From assembly GCA_964035575.1 (NCBI GenBank), contig OZ037843.1:806001-870000 (forward strand): a stretch of DNA of 64,000 nucleotides. The letters are read 5' to 3'. Below the pieces are notes generated by a model, which was not told the DNA's origin, did not search any database, and was given only the letters and a program-made list of their open reading frames with translations. Source of the DNA: Rhynchopus sp. YZ270_cl-10 (Eukaryota). Every line of letters begins with the position of its first letter. Within the stretch, counting starts at the first letter, position 1. The position numbers and the translations under genes were made by a program. Of this stretch, positions 47,805-58,929 are shown piece after piece.

Positions 47805-48750
47805 AGGTGAAAAAAAATTTTTTTTTTCGAAAAAATTTTGGCCCCCTGAGGTGGGTCTGGGGGCACCGAAAAATGCCAAAAAACGCAAAAATTGGCTGTT
47901 TTGAGCATCTGTGGTTACACCAAATACACGTCTCTGAACAAGCCTATACTATACCCAAAAGTGGCTAGGCAAGGACGTGTTTGACCAAAAAAAAAAAATT
48001 TTTTTTTTCACGAAAACCGAGTTTTCGTCACCTGTGGGTGGTCGTAGGATCGAAATTTGCGAAAAAATTTCACTTTTTTTTTTTGACCCAAAAAATTTTT
48101 TTTCGACAAGGCAACGGGAAAAATGACTAAGGGGAAAGGGGAAAAAAGGGAAAAACGGGAATTTTGAGGATCCTCTATTTTGAGGATCGTTTTCACAGTC
48201 ACATTTTACCTTAGCAAAATCTGAAAAAAAAATTTTTTTTTTCGAAAATTTTTGGACCCCTGGGGTGGGTCTTGGGGCACCGAAAAATGCAAAAAAACGT
48301 AAAAATCGGGTGTTTTGAGCATCTGTGGTTACACCATATACACGTCTCTGAACAAGCCTATACTATAGGCAAGGCGCTGTTTGATCCAAAAAAAAAATTT
48401 TTTTTTTTCACGAAAACCGAGTTTTCGTCACCTGTGGGTGGTCGTAGGATCGAAATTTGTGAAAAATTTTCACTTTTTTTTTTTGACCCAAAAAATTTTT
48501 TTTTCGACAAGGCAACGGGAAAAATGACTAAGGGGAAAGGGGAAAAAAGGGAAAAACGGGAATTTTGAGGATCCTCTATTTTGAGGATCGTTTTCACAGT
48601 CACATTTTACCTTAGCAAAATCTGAAAAAAAAATTTTTTTTTTTCGAAAATTTTTGGACCCCTGGGGTGGGTCTTGGGGCACCGAAAAATGCAAAAAAAC
48701 GTAAAAATCGGGTGTTTTGAGCATCTGTGGTTACACCATATACACGTCTG
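47805..48750 (+). repeat. Tandem ~410 bp repeat (about 2.3 units), related to 43240-43360
   Basis: GGGGCACCGAAAAATGC...GAGCATCTGTGGTTACACCA recurs at ~47860, ~48274 and ~48676. Confidence 0.85.
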
Positions 48751-50005
48751 TAACCCCACATAGGCCCATTACCATGGTTTCGTTAGCTCTTGTGGCATGC
48801 CCTCCTGCAGTTTCCTGCTCATCGGCGGCCTCTAGTCCGTGTGGACTTGGGCCACTACCAGCTTCCGGAGGAGCGACGCTCACGTGCGAGCGTCGGACCG
48901 GTCACTGCTCTGGGTGCCATGTGCTTTAGCCAATTCTTGACGAGGATGGGGGTGCAGACCGCCAAGTCCGGACGGTCGGAGGGAACCTTCCCCACCACAC
49001 GTCAGTTCTCCTAAGCTCCTTGTGACTTGACTCGTGCCGGTGCTGGTGTCTCTTCTTGTGACCCACCGAGCACGCAGCCAACAGTGCGTCAAACCCTCAA
49101 GATCCTGTAGCACCGAGGGTGTGTGAGCCCAAATCGTCTGCGCCAGGACATACGCCGTCTGCCATCAAGCGGAGGGTGCTCCAATACTCCTCAGACACGA
49201 AGGAGCAATCACAGCGATCACGAACCACGCGATTGAGGCGGTTTCACAGGTGGTCAGCGGGGGAAGCATACGATGCTTCACAAAGCAACACCGCTTCCGG
49301 AGATGACCGGCTCCCCTCTTCCTCAACATGCACCAGAGCCCTATTTTTCACAAGCGGTCCCGAAACCTTAAAGTTTGCGCAAGCCCTGGAGTCATCCGAT
49401 GACGCAAGGCAAGTCACTCTCCCAAAGCGATGGCATTGGATGGCAGTATCCGAAGTCAGATCTCCGGGAAATATTGAATCCTTAATGGACGACTTCAATG
49501 TGATCGCTGCCTTCTCCCTCTACGTCCCACCCTTCAAGAACACGGAGACTCGCAAGCTGCAAGTAATTTGAGGTTGTTTCTGCGAGCCCCGACCTAAACC
49601 GTTCATCTTCAGAGATATGTACAATGTGCGCACTGCTTTCCGCAGGAAGAACGGGCCCATTTTGGGCTCCGACCTCAGAGGCCGTTTTCGAAGACAGCTA
49701 CAGTGGGATATTTTGGTTCCTCAATTTTTTATAACAAAAGCGAAAATCTGCCTATGTGCTTGAAAAATGCTGTGCATTTTTGGTAGAATTTTTTAAAAAT
49801 TGCTATGCTCCCCTATGACTGGACCCAACTCCCCTCACTCTTTTTTTGGTCAAAAACACCCCAAATTTTTCTACCGTTTTTCCCGTTTTTTCCGTTTTTG
49901 ACCTTTTTAGACACCCTCCCCTCCCTTCGATTCCTTAACGCATACAACCACAGTACACCCCCGGGATTTTTTCTTTTTTCAAATTTTCCAACTTCATTTT
50001 TGATA

Positions 50006-50722
50006 ATGTCAGTGGATGCAGCTGAGGGGATGGAGTCTGGGTTGATAGGAGCGAAGCGGAGCAGAAGACGGAACCGCCTTGCCGAGAAAAAGGTAGAACG
50101 CGACCGCTGGCAGGACGCCATGGCGACACAAGACGCCTTACGTATGTCTGCCTGCCGTCGCCGCTACCACGATTCCCTGCGAGGCAGCGTCCCCCTCCAG
50201 CCTGCCGCACTCTACCCCGTCACCGTTGACTGCCGCACGGGGATCTTCATGGCACCAGAAGCAACGAAAGAAGTGTTGATGCTACCTCCCAACACATCAG
50301 AGCTTACTCCACAGCAGGAACACTATAGAACCTCGGTGACGGCGCTGAGAGAGACAGCGCTTTTTATGCTGGCGGAGGAGATGCAAGCGATGCAAGGGGG
50401 CGTGGAGGCGGTGGGGGTCTTGGGGGGCGAGCTGAAGAGGGCGTACGCAAAGGGGTACGCAGTGGTGGCGGCGGTGGCATTGCTCGCGACAGCGACGCAC
50501 TATGAGAAGGGGTACGGTGTGGTGGCGGTGTTTCCTGTGGCGCCATCGCTGGAGGTGGTTGAAATGGCCTTCTTTGCGCACGGTGCGTTGCTTCGTACGT
50601 CTGCAGAGGATGCCAACACGTTCACATGCTATTACTCACTCGAGGCAGACGCACATAGCGCAGTACTAAAAATGAACGGCAGAATATGGAAGAATGGGAC
50701 ACTCAGTGTCAAGCTAGTCTAG
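50006..50722 (+). CDS. Hypothetical protein with degenerate C-terminal RRM
   Basis: 238 aa GC-rich ORF ending AFFAHGALL...TCYYSLEADAHSAVLKMNGRIWKNGTLSVKL (RRM helix-2/strand-4 pattern). Confidence 0.65.
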   Translation: MSVDAAEGMESGLIGAKRSRRRNRLAEKKVERDRWQDAMATQDALRMSACRRRYHDSLRGSVPLQPAALYPVTVDCRTGIFMAPEATKEVLMLPPNTSELTPQQEHYRTSVTALRETALFMLAEEMQAMQGGVEAVGVLGGELKRAYAKGYAVVAAVALLATATHYEKGYGVVAVFPVAPSLEVVEMAFFAHGALLRTSAEDANTFTCYYSLEADAHSAVLKMNGRIWKNGTLSVKLV

Positions 50723-51646
50723 CAAAATGAGGAGCTGCGTTCTAAATGGATTTTTTCCACAAAATTTTTTTCTTGAGCGAGATGTGTGGGTGGGGGTTGG
50801 GGAAGGGGGGTTTTTTTTATAAAATTTGGAAAATCCAGAAAACAGTGATACCTTCTCTTGTGTTAGCGTAGTTATATCTGTTCACGAGAGAGCCTTTGTA
50901 TTTCAACCCTACTTATATTTGTGCCTATAGGCATGTTAGATGTGTTACGCGTGTGGCCATGCAATGTGGTCAATGTGATTCTATCCTTTCTTTTGTGTGC
51001 TACGGAACGTGATGTCGGGTGTTTGACCGCCCAATGAAAACAAAACGAAAAAAAAAACGTAAAATTTTTCCTTTTTTTTGGTTGGAAGAGGGCAAAGAAT
51101 ATCTCATTCAGGAGGGCATGCAGGCATCCGCACAGCGCGGACTTCCTGAACCGCCTTTTGTATCAAGTCTGTTTTGCTGCACGCTTCACGCATCTCGGTA
51201 TCGACCTTTACCAGAGCATGCTGCAGAGGGACGTCGGAGTCTGGGACGTCACTGCTGTGCCCTACGACGAAGAAGGCTTCGCAATGCTGGGCCAGGACAT
51301 CCTCACACAGGAGGACGTGCCGATCCGCACCACCAACACTGGCCTCAGATGTGACAGCACGCTTCGAGGAGATGCCCAGTGAGTTGGGGTGCATACACAG
51401 CAGAGTCCTTGCAGAGATATTCATTTCGTTCTCCCAGATCAGCGAGGGATGAGCTCCACATAGCCGCACCCACGGGGAAGAGGACCCCAGCCAGAACCAC
51501 CGTACGAACGGAGGAACTGCAGAAAACGCCAATGACGGCGTTTTCGAGAGTTTGTTCAGGGTCGAAACCCTGCTAAATGGGGTATTTCTTGTCCTCCACA
51601 CCCCACCACCACAGAGCTCAGAACACAAAAAAACCACAACAAACAA

Positions 51647-52520
51647 ATGGACGTGCACTTCGAGGATTTCAGAGCGAATCGGCACACAGTCGAGGTGGGT
51701 GCAGATGATACAGCGGAGCACATGCGGCAGAAGGTGGCGTCTGCAATGGGGCTGCCTGAAGACAGCTTTTGCATGAGGTTCGGAGACGAAGCGATGGGCG
51801 AAGGATACGACATGACACAGTTGAGTGCTGGTGACACAATCGACCTGACGAAGTCGAAGAAGGGGGCAATTAACGTCTGACCAACCGCCAAGTGGGGCCC
51901 CTGGACGCCGTGTTCGCATGGTACTGAGTCAGCGTGGGCGGCCGCCTCTCCAATGATGGATTCGCTCGGGACCGGAGGAGGAACAAGCCGATGTGGGAAC
52001 CCTGGTTATTAACACAACATCACAGTCAATTTCGGGCAGATCACCAGCTTATGTAGGCTACGCAAACCCCTTCGAGGGGTTTCAAGGATCTGTTACCTGT
52101 GCGGTGACTGGGAGTGTGTTGATGCCGATGAGGGGATCCCAGGTACAAGAAGGAAGCGTTGCCGGTGTCTCTACTGGTGACGGAATATTGTTGCTGTTCC
52201 TGTGTTGTCGTTTGACCGCATGGGAACGTTTTGTTGCTTTGTTGGTGCGTACACTGTATGTGAAACAACTGTGGATCAGCAGGTACGTGCTCTTGTGTAT
52301 TCAGTGTGGTGTGTTGTAGTTTTGTTCAGTTCAGTTCAGTTTTCATCTTTTTGCCGTAGTAGAATTCTTGTGTTATGTGTTTAACCTCAGGCTGTGTACA
52401 CCGTAGTGAAACATCTGTGGATCTGCAGGTGCGTGCTCTGTCGTTAATTCAGTGTGGCATGTTGTAGTTTTTGGTCTGTTTTTACGTTTTTTTTTTTTTA
52501 TTGATTGCATATGATGAAAA

Positions 52521-52556
<36 letters not shown>

Positions 52557-54865
52557 GTTAGTAGAAGAAGGGATCTGCGAACATTCATTCGCAGGTGGGT
52601 ACAAGTTGTCGCCGTGGCATTCAGCTACGGTGCAGAAGAGGCAGTAGGGCAGACCAACGTCTGTGCTAGAAGGAAGAGGTTAAACTTTCAGGGTGTATGC
52701 ACTGTACGTGAAACAACTGTGGATCTGCAGGTACATGCTCTGTTGTTTTTCCAATGTGTTTGTTTTTGTTCTATTTTCACGTGCTTTGGTACGTTGATAG
52801 ATGAAGGAGTTGTCGCCGTGGCATTCAGCTACGGTGCAGAAGAGGCAGTAGGGCAGACCAACGTCTGTGCTAGAAGGAAGAGGTTAAACTTTCAGGGTGT
52901 ATGCACTCTGCAGGTACATGCTCTGTTGTTTTCCAATGTGTTTGTTTTTGTTCCATTTTCACGTGCTTTGGTACGTTGAAGATGAAGGAGTTGTCGTCGT
53001 GGCGTCCAGCTACGGTGCAGAAGAGGCAGTAGGGCAGACCAACGTCTGTGCTAGAAGGAAGAGGTTAAACTTTCAGGGTGTATGCACTGTACGTGAAACA
53101 ACTGTGGATCTGCAGGTACATGCTCTGTTGTTTTTCCAATGTGTTTGTTTTTGTTCTATTTTCACGTGCTTTGGTACGTTGATAGATGAAGGAGTTGTCG
53201 TCGTGGCGTCCAGCTACGGTGCAGATGAGGCAGTAGGGCAGACCAACTACCAAATGTAGGGTCTGTGCTACGCGGAAAGGCTGGTACTTGAGTTTGTTCA
53301 CTGTTTGTTGTAACTCCTTCCCTGCCGGCACTCCCTTACTTGTAAGGAAGAAGTTACAACTTTCTCTGTACAAATCAGGGGAATTTTGTGTGGCCGTCTG
53401 CCATAATGTGTGGCATGTTAGCTGACGGTGCTGCTGTTTCTTTTACAGCAACACTGCTCTTGCTGTTGATTTTTCTTTTTCATTTTTACTTTTTAATGTT
53501 TCGAAAAACGGAGGTTAATGTTTCCGGTTCGGGCCTGGACTCCGACCCCTACTTTTGCTGACGCGTACGAACGGTCGTGAACCGTCCCCACTCTCTTACG
53601 GTGCGGGCACCGCGGTAACGGTGGCTAGGAAGAAGGGAATCACCCAGAACCACTAATCGCAGCCTGACAGGCACCGAACCTCGGGTGAGAATCCCCTCCT
53701 GTCAGCCCTGTTCGAAGTACCTATTTTGTTTGACCTTCTTGTCTTTTTGACTTTTTGACTTTTCTTTTATGCTATCGAACAGTGCACCCCCAGTAGTGTT
53801 GGCATGCATACCTGGGCTGGTCGGCTTGCCGATCTGTTCCAGGGACTGGGGTAAAGTGCCATTAAACGCAGCAGGTACCTGTGTTTTTTGGGGGTCTTTT
53901 GGTTGGGAAGGTCACAGAAAGAAGGCCCGGCCTGCCAGAGACCTAAAACGGACCCCTACCTGACGAAGTCGAAGAAGTTCGAAGCTGCTGCAGCGCTTCA
54001 TGCGTTGGGTGAGACTGACCTGACGTCCGAGAGGTTGAAGGAGGTGAAGGATCCTGAGGTGGCGTGTTTGCTTCTGCAGGCGGGGGTTGCGACTGCCATT
54101 CCTGATGCGTTCTTGGCGGAGGCACCGTTAACGCACCTTGATCTCAGTGCTGTGTCCTTTGTGACACAGATTGAAGGTTTCTTCCTTTGGGACTGCACCT
54201 CGTTAACAAGTATTGACCTCTCTGGGTTGAGCAATGTGACGTGGATTGGAAGAGGCTTTCTTCTCGGCTGCTCCGCTTTAACCAACCTGGATCTGACACC
54301 ACTCAACAACGTGACGCAGATTGAGCATTCTTTTCTTTCCGGCTGCGAAGCTTTAACCACCCTGGACCTGACACCACTCAAAAACGTTACGAGGATTGAT
54401 GGTGACTTTCTTCGCGACTGCAACTCTCTTACCAACCTTAATCTGACACCACTCAATAACGCGACGGTGATTGGTGAGAGCTTTCTTTCCCGCTGCGAAG
54501 CTTTAACCATCCTGGATCTATCACCACTCAGCAACGTTACGAATATTGAGGGCAGCTTTCTTTCCGACTGCAAAGGTTTAACCACTCTGGATCTGACACC
54601 ACTCAAGAACGTTACGAAGATTCAGTACTCTTTTCTTTTCGGCTGCGAAGCTTTACCCACCCTTGATCTCTCACCACTTAACAAGGTTGGGTATGTAGGT
54701 TGGTGTTTTGCTTCGAACTGCACTTCGTTGAAGAGTATTTACCTTTCCGGCTGCAGCAGTGTTGTGTCCGACGAAGTAAGGAATAGCGAGGAGCTGAGCC
54801 AGCTTGTGGTTGAAGAACGTCCGAAACGCAGCAGAGACGAATCCCCCGGGCAAGCAAACCCGTAA
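51647..54865 (+). pseudogene. Ubiquitin-like + leucine-rich-repeat gene split by a 2.1 kb insertion
   Basis: UBL-like segment 51647-51862 ends DLTKSKK; LRR segment resumes FEAAA at 53978 with 25 aa LTxLDLTPLxNVTxIxxxFLxxC repeats; joined ORF is 367 aa. Confidence 0.85.
51863..53957. mobile_element. Unclassified non-coding insertion with 20 bp flanking direct repeat
   Basis: ACCTGACGAAGTCGAAGAAG at 51843-51862 and 53958-53977; internal ~180-200 bp tandem repeats at 52605-53246. Confidence 0.8.
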
Positions 54866-55438
54866 GCCCGTTTGCGGAATAAGCTTACACAGGCCAGAGA
54901 CACGCTCGATGATGACGTGGTGTGCTGGTGGCTGGCTTTCTTTTTTTTTCTAAGTAAGAGAAAACCGAATGGAGTGGGAACATTAGTGAGAGCGCAGCGG
55001 AAACAATAGTGGGAACGCAACGAGATTTTTTTCATAATGTTTTATTCATCCCCACAAAATATCACGCGCAGAGAAACACTCGTTTTTTTCACACAGCGCG
55101 TCCGTTGTTTGTTTTTTCTCAATGACACCTTTTTTCAAAAGCCCCGTATCACATATGATACTGTTTTCCATGGATACACATGAAAAGGAGTTCCGTGCTA
55201 TTACAGAACTCGATAGGCGATTGAGCGTATCTAACAACAACCAAAACAAAAGAAAGTACAAGAAGAGTCTTAGAGAATAAAAAATGCAGGAAAAATAGAC
55301 AAAGAGATTTTGACAACGGGACAATAAAATTGCTTTCCCCTCGCAGGGTTTTATATAGCCCCCCTGGCCTCCACCAAAAAGGTGGTTTTGTGTGAGGCAG
55401 TCATTTTTTTTTTTTTTTTTCTGTGGGGAAAACTCAGC

Positions 55439-56354
55439 CAGGCCTAATGCTAACCGTTGGTTCGTCGGTTCACTTTTATTCATTATTTTTTTTATTTATC
55501 CGTTGGTTCGTCGGTTCACCCTTAAAAATGGGGGTTTTTTGGGATGGGGGGTTCTCTGCCTGTGGTATGCCGTGGGTACCTTGGTCCTGGAGATGTGGGC
55601 ACCTGCGCCCGCATCTTCAGGAGGAAAGGAGATTAAAAGAAGGACACAGCAGTGCATACTGCGGCCCCCACCACTGGGTTCGAGGAGGAGGAGGGTCTGT
55701 CAGTCGACGAGACATCGAGTGTTGGAGAAGTTCTGATCTCTGAAGATACAGAGAGCAGTGTTGCATCTGTTGATGTTAAAGAGGAAAGCGAAGATGGCGA
55801 TTGCGATGGCGGTGGCGGTGACGATGGAGACTTGTTTCAGGGACTCAATGATGCACCCCCCTTGCCGGCATTAAAAAAGTAGCCTACCGTGCGCCTGCGG
55901 CGCAGCTCAAAAACTGGCAGCCCACAGACCTCTACCATAGTTTGGCTGTAAAAATGTTCGGTTTTAGGTCACAAATTTTGAAATGTTGCGTACCGTGGCT
56001 TCGCCAGAAAGTTTTGATATCAACCGCCGTTTCTTCTTGTCCTGAGGGAAGGTTTCGTTCACTAGAGAGAACCTAATGCGAGGGCTTGACGTGGAAAAAC
56101 GTGAGAAAAGGGTTGGTTTGGTTCTTGATGTACGTTACCATCCCACGTCATCACGTATTTACGCGAAATGAACGGACCTTTCGCGCGGAGCGCGAAAATT
56201 TTTTTTTTTGACCCCTTTTTGGACATATCTTCACGATTTTGGGGAAAAACCTGGACCCCTTCCCGGAGGGAAATTTTTTTTTTCGTTTTTTTTTTTTTTT
56301 TTTTTCCGTCGGTTCGCTTTTTTCCCCCCTCCCCCAAAGTTAGCATTAGGCCTG
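55439..56354. mobile_element. Non-autonomous hAT element with 8 bp TSD
   Basis: CAGGCCTAATGCTAAC ... GTTAGCATTAGGCCTG; TSD AACTCAGC at 55431-55438 and 56355-56362. Confidence 0.92.
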
Positions 56355-56889
56355 AACTCAGCAAAAAAATATTTCTCGGTAATTTGTGATCCGCGGCCAA
56401 CCTACACCACCCCAACCCTTTTCTGCGGGAAAGCCCCCCCACCTCTGTGCAGCCTTGGTAGCTTTCAGTCACTGGTGATCCGCAATCCGTAGTGTGTGCC
56501 AGCCTTCTTATCAGTAATTTCACCCACACTGCGAAACGGGCAGAGGAACCCAACCGGTCCCTACATCACACAGGATTCGCGTCCTTGTGTTTCAATGATC
56601 CCCGTTCATCTGGAAGCGGGAGTAGTACATATCAGATGAAAACCACGAAATGGGTGCAGAACTGCATGGTTGGGTGTCCACCCCGTACAGCCAGTCATGT
56701 CATTTACTAAAAGTGCACTGTTCACGAGAGGGCTTTTGTGTTTTAAGGCAACTTAATTGTGCGCAGGGTCGTGGCTTCTTCTGTCGTTGTCGGCAGTGGA
56801 AATACATACCTTGGGAGTGGCGAGGGGGGTTCACAACATTCACGACACCACAACCCACAGAGGCCTTCCCTTCCCCCCCCCCCCCTAGG

Positions 56890-57718
56890 CATACTGTGCA
56901 GGCGAGCCGTTTTTAGGCGAGTTTTTCGTTTTCCTGATTTTCAGGAAAAACTCGCCAAAAACTCGCCCTACTCGCCCATTACTCGCCTATTACTCGCCAA
57001 AACTCGCCAAAAACTCGCCAAAACTCGCCAAAAACTCGCCTAAACTCGCCTAAACTCGCCCACATTTGGGTGCAAATCCTGGTGCACATACGCACCTTGG
57101 GGGTGAAAATGTGCACCAGGATGTGAAAATGGAGGGCGGGGGTGACTGAGGACAACATGCCACTCGAAAACACACAAAAAAATTGAAATTGTGTCACTTG
57201 TACGTCTAAAGGCAACCATGTCACGGCAGTGGCTGACAGGCATGTATGTAAACATTTGCTCCAGGGGAAGATCCAAGCGTGCCATAGATCCCGGGGGACA
57301 AGGCGTGCTACAATCCGGAGGATGACGAAGACACGAGCCGGGGCTACACTCGCTATACAACAATGTCCTCGCCATGCCGGTAAATGGCAACCCTGCAGGC
57401 CACCCCTTGGCGGTATTCCACCACGACTACATCGCACCCATCTGTGCAAACTTCATGGATCCGCAGAAGCTACAGCTGGACTGGTGGTACTGGTTGTGGA
57501 AGCCTACAAAGCAAACTGTAGAGGTCTTGTTCAAGTGGAACGAAAAAATTTTTCTCTTCAAAACTCAAATTTCCATCATATTTTCGTGTGTACACTTTTC
57601 CCAAGGTAAAATCCCTACCAAAAAAAAAACTCGCCAAAACTCGCCCCCCAAAAATGGGCGAGTTTTAGGCGAGTTTTTGGCGAGTAGGCGAGTTTTTTTT
57701 ACTCGCCCGCACAGTATG
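56890..57718. mobile_element. Non-autonomous element with CATAC termini and 6 bp TSD
   Basis: CATACTGTGCAGGCGAG ... CTCGCCCGCACAGTATG; CCTAGG at 56884-56889 and 57719-57724; AACTCGCC subterminal repeats. Confidence 0.85.
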
Positions 57719-57720
57719 CC

Positions 57721-58909
57721 TAGGTGGGGGCAAAACCCCTATTTTTTTGAGGCATTTCGATTTTTTTGGATTTACGTGCAAAGTACCCGCAAACCACCGA
57801 AAATTTCGGGTCAGAGATGGTTTTGGGGTGTGGTTTGGGGGTGTTCTATAGGTGAGACACCCCAGAGATACAAAAAAATGGAAAAAAATAGCAAAAATAG
57901 ACCATTTTGGCCGTTTGGGCCATTTTGGTCAAATGGCCATTTTTGACCAATATTTCAAAAAAAAAAAGCAAAAATTTGTCATCATTAGGCCTGTCTGGGC
58001 ACAAATATGCCCCAAAAATGTCCCGCGAGTCCATTCCGACCTGTTTTGAACACATTTATCGCCTTTTTTGGTGTTTTTTTGGTGTTTTGAGGTCAAAAAA
58101 GATCCCCTGACTATCCCCTGGCAGCCCTGGGCCGCGACTTGCGCCCTGCTTTTGGACCCCCTCTGGGCCAAAAAATGGGTGAAAACCCTCGAAAAAGCAC
58201 TCCGGGGACCCAGATAGTTCCATATATCCACCAGAAACCCACCCAAACACCTCAAAAACATGCCAGAAAAATATTTTCAAAAACACACTTTTTTCAAAAA
58301 GTTCATCTGGGCAGGTTCCATAATGACTTATTTGAAAAAGTGTGTTTTTGAAAATGTTTTTCTGACATGTTTTTGAGGTGTTTTTGAGGGTGTGCGGTGG
58401 AAATTTGGAACTATCTGGGCTCCCAGAGTGCTTTTTCGGAGGTTTTCGCCCATTTTTTGGCCCAGAGTGGGTCTAAAAGCAGGGCGCAAGTCGCGGCCCA
58501 GGGCTGCCAGGGGATAGTCAGGGGATCTTTTTTGACCTCAAAACACCAAAAAAAACACCAAAACAAGTGCCTAAAGTGTCCAAAACAGGTCGGAATGGAC
58601 TCACAGGACATTTTTGGGGTAGTTTCGTGCCCAAGCAGCTGTCATGATGTCGAAATTTTGCTGTTTTTTTGATTTTTTTCTCAAAAAATGGCCATTTTAC
58701 CCAACATGGCCAAAACCGTCAAAAGCCACTTTTTCACTATTTTTTTTGCATTTTTTCATATTCTGAGGTGCCCTAATCATGGATTTTCGGGTCTCAGGGT
58801 GTTTCTGACCCATTTCTGGGGGGTATGAGGGGTGTTGACAGGTTTTTTGCTCACAAAACCACTTTTTCCAAAAATGCCTCACCCGTCCTGAAGGTTTTGC
58901 CCCCCCCTA
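57721..58909. mobile_element. Foldback element, 1189 bp, diverged arms; relative of 29321-30509
   Basis: TAGGTGGGGGCAAAACC ... GGTTTTGCCCCCCCCTA; palindrome centred at ~58315; arm and loop sequence homologous to the first copy. Confidence 0.85.
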
Positions 58910-58929
58910 CCCCCCCCCCCCCCCCCCCC

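Noticed and set aside
48750..49700. Coding-like GC-rich segment, possible transposase remnant in a MULE-like element (~46511-49918)
   Set aside because: Frames are interrupted, no recognisable motif, and no convincing TSD for the putative element.
51100..51560. Short coding-like fragment upstream of the UBL gene
   Set aside because: Frameshifted, with no family I can recognise.
52605..53246. CRISPR-like array
   Set aside because: Units are ~200 bp near-identical tandem copies with no unique spacers and no cas genes.
53500..53960. Group II intron 3' end (CCGACCCCTAC at ~53542 and GGACCCCTAC at the insert end)
   Set aside because: No domain V with an AGC triad and no GTGCG at the 5' boundary.
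51843..53977. Canonical GT-AG intron
   Set aside because: No sliding position within the 20 bp repeat gives both GT and AG boundaries.
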